NCBI GenBank assembly: GCA_963751455.1
Contig: CAVVUN010000015.1
Coordinates: 896,001-960,000 of the forward strand
Direction of reading: 5' to 3'
DNA: 64,000 nt
Origin: Nitrospirota bacterium
Lineage (GTDB): Bacteria > Nitrospirota > UBA9217
Of this stretch, positions 48,502 through 57,643 are shown in pieces. A program made the position numbers and the translations under genes. A model generated the notes under the pieces. It saw only the letters and a program-made list of their open reading frames with translations, searched no databases and was not told the origin of the DNA. Each line of letters opens with the position of its first letter. Within the stretch, counting starts at the first letter, position 1.

Positions 48502-49212
48502 TTATCTCCCCAGGTATCGTTTGAGCAGACCTTCAGCGCCCTTTTTCAGGTACTTCTCTCCCTGCGTTCGTGCAACAGCTTTAGCTGTCTGCTCTGCAAG
48601 GGCGAGGGCTACTGTCGATGCAATCTCATCAGGTGTAGCGCCGCTGTTTCCGCCGATATTGGCCAGTTCCAGCCGCGGCAGCTCGAGCATAATCTGCTTT
48701 TCGCCGAGAGCGGCAACGCGCGCTTCAACCCGGCCTTTCTCGATCACAAGCTTCCGGACGGAAAGCCTGACTTCCTTCTTTCCCTTCTTTTCCGGCGGTT
48801 TCTTTTCCGGGCCCTGCAGGTTTTTTGTAAGCGCGTCGAGGTTGGACTTCCCTGAGCTGTTCATTTCGTAGAAAACCTCCGGCCCGGTAACGCGGATGTC
48901 ATCGACAATGATAGGAGATTTGGTAATCGATTTTGTATCAATACGGGTCGAGATGTTGCCCAGGCTGAAAATGTTCCTGGCTGTAAACCCGGCAGGGTTA
49001 GCAACGGTCACTCCGGTAATCGACGCCCCGCCGGACGAGAGCTGTATATCCACTGAAGATACCCGTACCGGTGTCTTTGTCGCCAGGGACCCGTATTTCT
49101 CAATGGCATCTTTCACGATGAAATTTATGCTCGTTAGGACGTAGAATATCGCTCCGCCTGCCGCGAGCACCAGAACCGCAGCGATGATCAGGAATACTCT
49201 GCCTTTTCTCAT
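48502..49212 (-). CDS. AsmA/DUF748-like membrane-anchored protein
   Basis: AAGGAGG RBS, N-terminal TM, VANPAGF, SNLDAL; frame stays open back to 49308. Confidence 0.8.
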   Translation of the reverse strand: MRKGRVFLIIAAVLVLAAGGAIFYVLTSINFIVKDAIEKYGSLATKTPVRVSSVDIQLSSGGASITGVTVANPAGFTARNIFSLGNISTRIDTKSITKSPIIVDDIRVTGPEVFYEMNSSGKSNLDALTKNLQGPEKKPPEKKGKKEVRLSVRKLVIEKGRVEARVAALGEKQIMLELPRLELANIGGNSGATPDEIASTVALALAEQTAKAVARTQGEKYLKKGAEGLLKRYLGR

Positions 49213-49400
49213 GGACTGCCTCCTTGTGCTTCCTCTTTTCTCTTTTAATCCTCCCCGGTCCCAGTCGATCTTCTTTTCCCGATACCATTCTCTATCTTCG
49301 ATTCCCATAAAAAATCCCTCAAAGAAGAACCATTCTTTTCCTAAAAGCCGATATAATTTTAGTATAACTCACAGTTTTTTAGAAGCGTTTCCGGTATAAA

Positions 49401-49564
49401 CCTGAAAAAAGCAGTTGGACACGGATAAAATCTGATCAACACGGATTTATAGGAAGTTACGAACAGTAATGGATTCACCCAAAAGGCGAGATGGCTTTTT
49501 GCTCTATCACATTGTTTTGATCCGCTGTTTCCGTGTTCATCCGTGTTCAAATGCCGTTTTTAGG
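49401..49564 (+). mobile_element. 164-bp CCT...AGG MITE, copy 3 (target duplication ATAAA)
   Basis: ATAAA at 49396-49400 and 49565-49569. Confidence 0.92.
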
Positions 49565-49802
49565 ATAAAGGATTATAACTCCCGGAACCGATGGTGTCAG
49601 TGCGGCCTTTATGACTGCAGAGATAACGAAGAATTAAATAAAAACCGGCCCGGTGACTGTTTTAGACTTGGAAACTGAAAAGCGACAGGTCACGTCACAG
49701 AAAGGCAAGCTGGCGCCTGTGGCAGAATGATTTCTCCGTGGCGACGTGGAAGATCTGAAGGGACAGCGAAACGAACATGACGACTGAACGGCGCTCGATT
49801 GT

Positions 49803-50237
49803 TCAGGTATTCTTTTTAGATGCATAGGTAAAATCTACATACCCTGCTATCTGCATGCGTGCCTCGTCAGTTACCTGCCGCATTTTTCTCAGCATCATGA
49901 TTTCTTCAACGCTCAGGATTTTGGCAAGATAAGTTGTCTGCTCTTCGGAAAGGGGATATTTACGCTTGCCCCGGTTGAGCTTGGCTTCAGAAGGGGCAAG
50001 AAAAAAGCCCTTCAACTCGTCCGGAACTTTTTCCCTGTGTGCCGCGAGAACGAGAACGGACATGTCGAGGTTCAGCTTTTTTGCGATCATGGTGAGCGTA
50101 TTATCTTTCGGGATATGTCCCTTGTTAATAATGACCCTCAGGAGCTCCGGGCTGATACCGAGCGCCGTAGAAGCTTGTTTCAGGTTTTTTAGCCCCTTTT
50201 TCTCGACTGCCGCCCTGATCATTTCGGATATTTTCAT
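49803..50237 (-). CDS. XRE-like HTH protein
   Basis: GGAGG RBS; LKQASTALGISPELLRVI..GHIP..TLTMIAKKL. Confidence 0.75.
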   Translation of the reverse strand: MKISEMIRAAVEKKGLKNLKQASTALGISPELLRVIINKGHIPKDNTLTMIAKKLNLDMSVLVLAAHREKVPDELKGFFLAPSEAKLNRGKRKYPLSEEQTTYLAKILSVEEIMMLRKMRQVTDEARMQIAGYVDFTYASKKNT

Positions 50238-50390
50238 TTGCAGCCTCCGCATGAAAACAGAATATGTCGGATGTCCATGTGTCGTTTAATGCTCTCTATA
50301 ATCCGCGCTAATCGGCCGCCGATCACAAGCACGGAAGGAATATCGATGAACAACTATATCATGAAATAGAGATTTCGTATAGAACTCTTT

Positions 50391-50499
50391 GAGAGGCCGA
50401 AAGAGAAGCGACGAGGAGACGAAGAGGCGACGAGAAGCGATAAAGCCGGCAGCGTGACGGAGAGCGACCAGAAAACCGACGAAGAAGCGACCAGGAGAT
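50391..50499. repeat. Degenerate direct-repeat array (GAAGCGACG-like units every 8-12 nt)
   Basis: gaagcgacg, gaggcgacg, gaagcgata, gagcgacc, aaccgacg, gaagcgacc. Confidence 0.6.
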
Positions 50500-50547
50500 G
50501 GATAATAGGGAACGCGGAATCCGGAACAACGCAAAAACCAGTGAATG

Positions 50548-51765
50548 CTACAGCCATCGCCGGGGATCGTAGGCGCCGGTGATCTGGCGCGTAATGGCCT
50601 GCCAAAGCATCTGCCTGCCCCAATTGTACTTGCCCCAGGGATACAGGAATTTTGCACTGTCCCTCGTGACGATCATTTTTTCTCTGAAGCTCCGTTTTCG
50701 TAATGTTTCCATAAAGTCGGCCTCATGGGGTCGTCCAAACAGGATTTTCACGATATTCCACTGGTCCGAGCATCGCCGGACCTCGCTCCGGATCATGGCC
50801 CGGTATATCTCCTGGACCGGGCGGTTCAATCGAAACGCGTCTACCACAGCCTCTCCCGCGATCGCGCCCGAGTGGAGCGCCGCGGACATGCCTTCGGCGA
50901 TCATGTTCAGAAAACCGGCTGCCTGGCCGGTTACGAGCACATTTCCCTTCCCGAACACATAGCGGTTGATGAGCGACAGCCCGAAATTGTTCACGCTCGA
51001 CTCACGGACGTCGCAGGGGCCGAGCCGCACCCCGTGCCGTTTCTCCAGGTAATTAAGGACCTGTACATGGCGGGCGGAGAAATCGTCATTTGCTTCATAG
51101 CCCACGCCCACGATCTGCTTTCCGTTGCGCAGGTGGCTCCAGGTGTAGTAGCCCAGACCGGGGTGGAGCCAGAAATGAAAATATTCCGGATCGAGAGGGC
51201 AGTCGATGATTTCGTGCAGATGCTGCCGCACGGTAAACCACCTTATGCTGTCACGGTACCCGGGATAGAGCGTGCTCACGACTTTGGAGTTCGGGCCGTC
51301 CGCGCCGATCAGGAAGCGGGCGCGGTACCGGCGCTCCTCATGGTCATTAGCGGCGAAAATGTCCACGTGCGACCCGTGATCGATTGCAGACAGGAACCGC
51401 ATGTTGTCATGGACCGCGGCCCCGCTCCTTCTGATAGCCCAGAAGTCTGAACACGAGCGGTTCAGATGGGGCGTTGTTCCGCCATCGAACTGCATGGGCA
51501 GCTTCACACCGCCGGGAAAGTGAAACGTCACGCCGCGGCAGGCCCCAGGTTCGTGCAGGATTGTTTTCGGCAGGGGGCCGAAATTCTCGATCAAAAAACG
51601 GTGGCCCCGGGGCGATATAATGCCGCTGCACGGCTTGTGACGGGGCAGGGGAAAGCGTTCGAGCGCGACTGTGTCATAGCCCGCATCCACGAGCCGCTTT
51701 GCTGCCGCTGCAGCGGAAAGGCTGGCACCGACAATGACGACATCGAAGACGCGTGGCTCATGCAT
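50548..51765 (-). CDS. Geranylgeranyl reductase-like FAD-dependent oxidoreductase
   Basis: DVVIVGA, PRHKPCSG, LIGADGPNS, GQAAG..AEGMSAALHSG. Confidence 0.85.
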   Translation of the reverse strand: MHEPRVFDVVIVGASLSAAAAAKRLVDAGYDTVALERFPLPRHKPCSGIISPRGHRFLIENFGPLPKTILHEPGACRGVTFHFPGGVKLPMQFDGGTTPHLNRSCSDFWAIRRSGAAVHDNMRFLSAIDHGSHVDIFAANDHEERRYRARFLIGADGPNSKVVSTLYPGYRDSIRWFTVRQHLHEIIDCPLDPEYFHFWLHPGLGYYTWSHLRNGKQIVGVGYEANDDFSARHVQVLNYLEKRHGVRLGPCDVRESSVNNFGLSLINRYVFGKGNVLVTGQAAGFLNMIAEGMSAALHSGAIAGEAVVDAFRLNRPVQEIYRAMIRSEVRRCSDQWNIVKILFGRPHEADFMETLRKRSFREKMIVTRDSAKFLYPWGKYNWGRQMLWQAITRQITGAYDPRRWL

Positions 51766-52738
51766 GGCTGGCCGCCTCTGCAAGATGAATTACCGGAAGC
51801 TTAGTATATGCCTCGAATGCGGCGCGGTCGTCGAGATGCTCGACCACGATACGGTCGCACGCGCGGCCCTCGAGCAGCCAGTGGACCTGGTCCTCAACGG
51901 AAACCGCAGCTGCGATTCCCTCACGATGCTGGTAACACGATGCCCCCGTGGGGGTCGCTACCCGGTGGAGATCGAGATTCATACTGCAGCCGGTTTCGCG
52001 GCGGATTCCATCGTAGAGCTGCATCGCTTCCCGTCGTGCATTATACGCGCGCGTTTCAATCATCAGGAAATCACGTGGCCTCAGACTTGAACGCACTCGC
52101 GAGTTTTCGAGCAACACAGGCCCTAATGCGCGCAGGGCGATTGAAGGCGGGAGGTGAGGACGCAAGAGGTTGAATAGCAGCCCATCGGCTACGATAATCT
52201 CAGACGCCTTCATCAGAGAGGTCATGAAGGAATGGAAGTGTTTATCTGATGGAACATGGCCTGACTCGAGCATAAGCCAAGGATCGTGACCATCCTCCGC
52301 CGCACAAATGACAGGTCTCCCGGATTGTTCCAGGAGATGCAGTACAATTTCGAGCAGGGCTCTATGCTTGGAAAGCGCCGGGCCGGCAAGCAGGAGCCTG
52401 GTTCGGTCGGCTTCGCGGGCAGCGGGCCGTTTTGCAGGAAAGACCACGGATGGCATCAGCCCTTTTTTCGCAAGACGCCGGCGCAATACGAGCGTTGCCT
52501 GCTGGGTCCGGATGCCTGTCGGACAGAGGCTTTCACAGGAGCCGCACAAAATGCAGGCTTGCGCAGAGGCTGCAAGTTCCTCTTCGGCGGCCCCGCCAAT
52601 GGCTGCGCGGTTTCTCCCGCAGAACGTAAGAGCGTGGGTATGGTGCTGCCTCCATACCGGGCAGGAAAGCAGGCCCACCCCGCATCCGTTGCACTCGGCA
52701 GGGGAGGGTTTGAGGGACATATCTATATAGCGCTTCAT
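51758..52738 (-). CDS. 4Fe-4S dicluster-type protein (GlcF/HdrC-like N-terminus)
   Basis: CNGCGVGLLSCP and CILCGSCESLCP; stop overlaps the start of the next gene. Confidence 0.8.
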   Translation of the reverse strand: MKRYIDMSLKPSPAECNGCGVGLLSCPVWRQHHTHALTFCGRNRAAIGGAAEEELAASAQACILCGSCESLCPTGIRTQQATLVLRRRLAKKGLMPSVVFPAKRPAAREADRTRLLLAGPALSKHRALLEIVLHLLEQSGRPVICAAEDGHDPWLMLESGHVPSDKHFHSFMTSLMKASEIIVADGLLFNLLRPHLPPSIALRALGPVLLENSRVRSSLRPRDFLMIETRAYNARREAMQLYDGIRRETGCSMNLDLHRVATPTGASCYQHREGIAAAVSVEDQVHWLLEGRACDRIVVEHLDDRAAFEAYTKLPVIHLAEAASHA

Positions 52739-52763
52739 GGGAGACACTCTCTTGGTACACCTT

Positions 52764-52948
52764 TTATCCACAGATTACGCAGATATCGCAGATAAAACCA
52801 CACTGTATTTAGTTTTTTGTAATGATCGTTGACTGCTATGAAGAAAAAGTCAGATCTTTTTAATATGAAATTCTCTCAGCGCTCTTTGCATACTCTGCGA
52901 TTAATTATTCTTTATATAATCTGCGTCATCTGCGTAATCTGCGGATAA
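52764..52948. repeat. 9-nt-periodic inverted repeat element inside the operon
   Basis: ttatccacagattacgcagat ... atctgcgtaatctgcggataa (20 of 21 nt inverted match). Confidence 0.8.
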
Positions 52949-52971
52949 TGCTTATCAAGATTCTGTGTTTC

Positions 52972-54543
52972 TCAAAATATCGTATCCCGGTTCAGGATCA
53001 TATTCGGGTCAACCTGTCTTTTCATGGCCAGGTGCGTGTCCACGAGCGCATCTCCGAAGACCCTGCGGATGTAGCCTTTCATCATGCCCCCGAACCGGTA
53101 ATAACTCGTTCCCAGGTCAACGCCGATGTCATAGATTTCATTTTTGAACGACTGCAGGTGGTCCCTGCTGTAGGCGCGGCCTTCGAGCATGGGCTCGAAC
53201 TCGCATCCGTAAGCAATCCCCTCGGCATCAGGCGGAATGCAGGAAAGCTCGTAGCGCTCCCGGGGGCCGATCAGCTTTATGCCCACGCAATAAAGCGTGT
53301 AATGCGGAAAGTATTTCTTGCAGACTTTGTTTCCGCGCAGCACGGCCTCGATAAATTTCGCGCGGCTTGTTGCGAGGTCCGGGATGACCATCTGCCTTCC
53401 GCCCCAGAATTTCCAGACCGCGTTCGAGAAGACTACGCTGCGGTCCACGATCTTGCCGTTGTCAATATGGTGCGGCGGCTTGAGCGCGGGCATCAAAGTC
53501 CGCTTTCTGTCGAGCAGATAGAGCGCTTCCCTGAATTTCCATGGCCTCATGAGATAATGGAAACCCGTGCGCACGGCGAACCCTGTTTCTCCGAATCCCC
53601 GTATCCTGGAGCGCCACGTCTCAAAAAACTTCTTCTCCCGCTCGTCCGAATCAAAGGCGACGAGCAGATTGACTGCCCGGTCAAGCATGGTAAGGATACC
53701 CATGTAATCCGCTGCATCCTCCTCGCTCACCATGACCAGATCTTCCATTGCCGTACGCAGGTCGCCGTAATAAAAATAGTGCATGCTGAGCGGCGTGTAT
53801 GGCCTGATCCGGAGCGTAGCTTCGGTGATCACGCCGAACTGGCCGTATCCGAGCAGCACCCTATTGAACCACCAGGCATTTTCCCGTTCGGAACACTCCA
53901 GCATCTCCCCTGTGGGTGTCACAATTCTTAACGAAAGGGCCTGGTCTGCGCTGCAGCCCAGGCGGGGAGAATTAATGTCAATACCTCCTACATTGAGCGT
54001 GCCTCCAACAGAGGAGGTCAGGTTCAGGGGCGCGGAGAGATAATCGAGATTGTGTCTCCGGAGGGATTCGGCCAGGGAGTGCCAGTAAATGCCGGCCTCT
54101 GTCCGGACGGTAAGGTTCTCCTTGTCGATTGAAAGAACACGGCTCATTCCGCGCATGTCGAGCTGCAACCCGCCGAACGAGACCGTTTCTCCTTCAGTCG
54201 TGAGCCCGCCGCCCCGCGCGGTGATTGGCACGCAATGTTTCTGTGCCGCTTTCATGACCAGGGCGACCATCTCGCTCGACCTCGCAATCAGAAGGCCGTG
54301 CGGCATGCCGTAGGCCATCCCGCCTGCGTCCGTAATCGAGAGAGAGCGAGAAGAACGCAGTTCGTCGATGTTGACGCCTGCCCCGGCGAGATCCGCCACA
54401 AACGCGGACCAGTTCTCTCCGGTCCACCTGGAGGGATTGGTCTGCTGCCTCGGTATTCCGCAGAGGGCTTCTTTACCTACGGGGCAGGGAGGGATGTCGC
54501 CCGGCGCGGGGCGGGGAAAATCGTAAGCTTCGTTGGTTTTCAG
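52972..54543 (-). CDS. FAD-binding (PCMH/VAO-type) oxidoreductase, probable CTG start
   Basis: ARGGG, SVGGTL, GYGQFGVIT, DPNMILN; frame is open 48 codons upstream of the track's GTG, back to a CTG preceded by GAGGA. Confidence 0.85.
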   Translation of the reverse strand: MKTNEAYDFPRPAPGDIPPCPVGKEALCGIPRQQTNPSRWTGENWSAFVADLAGAGVNIDELRSSRSLSITDAGGMAYGMPHGLLIARSSEMVALVMKAAQKHCVPITARGGGLTTEGETVSFGGLQLDMRGMSRVLSIDKENLTVRTEAGIYWHSLAESLRRHNLDYLSAPLNLTSSVGGTLNVGGIDINSPRLGCSADQALSLRIVTPTGEMLECSERENAWWFNRVLLGYGQFGVITEATLRIRPYTPLSMHYFYYGDLRTAMEDLVMVSEEDAADYMGILTMLDRAVNLLVAFDSDEREKKFFETWRSRIRGFGETGFAVRTGFHYLMRPWKFREALYLLDRKRTLMPALKPPHHIDNGKIVDRSVVFSNAVWKFWGGRQMVIPDLATSRAKFIEAVLRGNKVCKKYFPHYTLYCVGIKLIGPRERYELSCIPPDAEGIAYGCEFEPMLEGRAYSRDHLQSFKNEIYDIGVDLGTSYYRFGGMMKGYIRRVFGDALVDTHLAMKRQVDPNMILNRDTIF

Positions 54544-54732
54544 GGTGCTTTCCTCTTTTTGTCAGCTGATGATTTAGCTCCGGCCAAGATGCATGGTTCA
54601 AGAAGGAATGGAGCTAACGTTGATTGATGTCCGTTTGATTATACGGTTGTGAAGTTTATTGTCAAGAGTTCCCTGGATTCAATGTTGCATGCTTCAGGAA
54701 TGCGCGACGTGCTGCGCTTTTACAACAGCCTG

Positions 54733-56355
54733 CTAGAGGAGTTTATAAATCAGTTCATTCTCCGAATAGTCGATCGGCACATCGATTATGACAGGGACCT
54801 CTCGGGTCAGCGCCTCTTTTAGCAGGGGTTCAAAGTCTTGGGCTGTTTTGAGCCTCAGACCGACTGCGCCGAAGCCTTCGGCAACCTTGACGAAATCGGG
54901 GTTCGTAAAATCGACGCCGTATGAGGTGCCGAACTTTTTCATGGATTTCCATTTGATCAGGTTGTAGCTGCTGTCGTTGAAGACGATGATGGCCATGTTC
55001 AACTTCATCCGGACTGCGGTCTCGAGGTCCTGCAGGTTCATCAGGAAACCTCCGTCGCCGGAGAGGGCTACGACCTTGCGGCCAGGATGAACGAGTTTGG
55101 CCACGATCGCGGTAGGAAGGGAAAAGCCCATGGATGCAAAGCCGTTGGACATGATGAACGTATTATTGTTATAGACCGGGTAAAATTTCGCCGCCCAGAA
55201 TTTGCATGTGCCCACATCCGAAACAAGAATATCAGAATCGCCGAGCACCTTTCTGATGCCGTACAGGACCTGCGGAGGACGGACCGGCCAGGTCTTCTGA
55301 GTTCCTATGCGTTCGAATTCGTCCCGGAAATTGCTGTGGAGATCGATCGCGCACTGGCTCTTTTTGTTGGTGCTCAACATGCCCTGGAGGAGATCGAGGC
55401 TCTCCCGGATGTCCGAAACGATTTCCACTTCCGGCACGTAATGAAGATCGACCTCGCTCGAAGTAAAGTCGATATGAATGATCTGTTTGTTCAGTTTCGG
55501 GTTCCAGTTCCTGGGCGCATATTCGACAAGGCCGTACCCGAGGGCGATGATGAGGTCGGCCCGGCTGAACACATCTTCGATCTGGCGGTCGTTCGCAAGT
55601 CCGAGGGAGCCGATACAGGACGGGCTCTTGGCGCTGACTGCGCCTTTGCCCATGAAAGTGGTTACCACGGGGATGCAAAGCATCTCGGCAAACTGCTGGA
55701 GCTGTACGTTCGCTGCCTTGCGAACGACGCCGTGGCCCGCAAGGATGACAGGAAACGCCGCTGCCTCTATCAGGTCCGCCGCCTTTCTGAGGGACTGCCG
55801 GTCAGGAGAGCTTCTTCGGGCCCTGATTGGCGGAATCATCGCGGCATACATCTCGTATGCGGTCATGGAGGCGATGTTTTCGGGGAGTTCCAGGTGTGTG
55901 GGGCCCGGTTTCTCCGATTCAGCGAGCTTAAAGGCCTTTCGGACCATCTCGGGGATCACTTCCGGCGTCTCAATCCGGCCGTTCCACTTGGTCACGCTCT
56001 CGCACATGTCCACGATATTGATGTACTGGTGCGATTCCTTGTGTATCCTTTTGAGGTCCGCTTGCCCGGTTATGGCGACCAGCGGAGAAGCATCCAGAAA
56101 CGCATCTCCTACGCCGGTCAGTATATTTGTGGCTCCCGGTCCGAGCGTGGACATGCAGACGCCTGCCTTTCCGGTCAACCTGCCGTAGGCGTCCGCCATA
56201 AAGGCTGCAGCCTGTTCGTGGCGGGTGAGGACGAATTTTATTTTCGAAGTCCTGAGCGACTCCATGAGGTCGAGCGTTTCTTCGCCGGGAATGCCGAAGA
56301 TATACTCGACCCCCTCATTTTCGAGACATTTCACAAGCAGGTCGGATGCTTTCAC
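54733..56355 (-). CDS. ThDP-dependent acetolactate synthase-like enzyme
   Basis: GIPGEE, RHEQAAAFMA, TLGPGATN, GDGGFLMN..N. Confidence 0.92.
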   Translation of the reverse strand: MKASDLLVKCLENEGVEYIFGIPGEETLDLMESLRTSKIKFVLTRHEQAAAFMADAYGRLTGKAGVCMSTLGPGATNILTGVGDAFLDASPLVAITGQADLKRIHKESHQYINIVDMCESVTKWNGRIETPEVIPEMVRKAFKLAESEKPGPTHLELPENIASMTAYEMYAAMIPPIRARRSSPDRQSLRKAADLIEAAAFPVILAGHGVVRKAANVQLQQFAEMLCIPVVTTFMGKGAVSAKSPSCIGSLGLANDRQIEDVFSRADLIIALGYGLVEYAPRNWNPKLNKQIIHIDFTSSEVDLHYVPEVEIVSDIRESLDLLQGMLSTNKKSQCAIDLHSNFRDEFERIGTQKTWPVRPPQVLYGIRKVLGDSDILVSDVGTCKFWAAKFYPVYNNNTFIMSNGFASMGFSLPTAIVAKLVHPGRKVVALSGDGGFLMNLQDLETAVRMKLNMAIIVFNDSSYNLIKWKSMKKFGTSYGVDFTNPDFVKVAEGFGAVGLRLKTAQDFEPLLKEALTREVPVIIDVPIDYSENELIYKLL

Positions 56356-56560
56356 GAATGCGATACCTCCAAAGAATCAAAATCCATTCTCACACGAAGG
56401 ACGGAGGCGTGAGTGCACGGTGCGGCTTCGTGTGGAAAACCGTGTATAAGATCATAATTTGTATCATTGTCCGAGGCCAATGCCTAGCATAATAGTACTT
56501 CATTGTTTCCAAAAACGCATGCGGTATTCTTTGACTTAGGAACTGTCTTAAAATTTTAAA

Positions 56561-56605
56561 TGCAAAACCTTGCCTGCAACTATTTGCAAAGTGAAAATTC
56601 TTGCA
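56561..56605. promoter_or_regulatory. Three TGCAA-N4-TTGCA-like palindromes (putative enhancer)
   Basis: tgcaaaaccttgcc, tgcaactatttgca, tgaaaattcttgca. Confidence 0.65.
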
Positions 56606-56693
56606 TGAACATATTATACTATGTAAACTGTATCCTTCCTTTCAATTACTGTTCTTTCAGCTACTTACTTTTTTTATTTTCGTTGCACTGTTT

Positions 56694-56709
56694 TGGAACG
56701 ATACTTGCT
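56694..56709 (+). promoter_or_regulatory. sigma54 -24/-12 promoter of prpB
   Basis: TGGAACGATACTTGCT (GG-N10-GC). Confidence 0.8.
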
Positions 56710-56754
56710 CTCTATAAATATGCATTAAGTATTCCGAACGGAGGAGGATATAGC

Positions 56755-57642
56755 ATGACGAAAGCAATCTCAGCAGGCGCCCGTTTTCGGGCCGCTGTCA
56801 AGGAAGAGAAACCCCTGCAGGTCGTCGGCGCGATCAACGCCTATGCCGCAAGGCTCGCGGAGCGGAGCGGTTTCAAGGCGCTTTACGTCTCGGGCGGCGG
56901 GGTTGCTGCGAGCTCCCTGGGCGTTCCCGATCTCGGCATCAGCACCATGGACGATGTAGTGACTGATGTGCGGCGGATCACCGATATCACGAACCTGCCG
57001 GTGCTGGTTGACATAGACACCGGCTGGGGCGGCGCCTTCAACATCGCGCGCGCGATCAAATCGATGATCAAGGCGGGAGCAGCAGCTGTCCATATTGAAG
57101 ACCAGGTGCAGGCAAAGCGCTGCGGCCACCGGCCCGGCAAAGCGATCGTGTCCAGGGAGGAAATGGTTGACCGCATCAAGGCCGCGGTCGACGCGTCGAC
57201 TGATCCTGAATTCGTTATCATGGCGAGAACGGACGCCCTTGCCGTGGAAGGGCTCGAAGCGGCCATTGAACGGGCAGTAGCCTGCGTTGAGGCCGGTGCG
57301 GATATGATATTCCCGGAGGCGATGACCGACCTGGCAATGTATAAAAAATTTTCCCAGGCGGTCAAGGTTCCCATCCTCGCGAACATCACCGAATTCGGGT
57401 CCACGCCGCTGTATTCCGTGAAAGAGCTCCGGAGTGCAGACGTTTCGCTCGTGCTCTATCCCCTCTCAGCGTTTCGCGCAATGAGCAAGGCGGCGCTTGA
57501 CGTGTACGGCGCGATCCGCAAAGAAGGGACCCAGAAAAACGTGGTGAACCTCATGCAGACCCGGGCCGACCTCTACGGTTACCTCGATTACCATGCTTTC
57601 GAAGAAAAGCTCGATAAAATATTTACCAAGGAGGACAAATAA
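56755..57642 (+). CDS. prpB: 2-methylisocitrate lyase
   Basis: [27 protein letters not shown]; RBS GGAGGAGG. Confidence 0.97.
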   Translation: MTKAISAGARFRAAVKEEKPLQVVGAINAYAARLAERSGFKALYVSGGGVAASSLGVPDLGISTMDDVVTDVRRITDITNLPVLVDIDTGWGGAFNIARAIKSMIKAGAAAVHIEDQVQAKRCGHRPGKAIVSREEMVDRIKAAVDASTDPEFVIMARTDALAVEGLEAAIERAVACVEAGADMIFPEAMTDLAMYKKFSQAVKVPILANITEFGSTPLYSVKELRSADVSLVLYPLSAFRAMSKAALDVYGAIRKEGTQKNVVNLMQTRADLYGYLDYHAFEEKLDKIFTKEDK

Positions 57643-57643
57643 T

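Noticed and set aside
46882-49564. Composite transposon formed by MITE copies 2 and 3 around the sigma factor and AsmA-like genes
   Set aside because: Each copy has its own distinct target duplication (TTAAT versus ATAAA), indicating independent insertions.
55087-56412. Long opposite-strand ORFs (also 6244-7356, 44881-46059, 4357-5337, 52948-53931)
   Set aside because: Antisense shadows of well-supported genes in GC-rich DNA, with no recognisable motifs.
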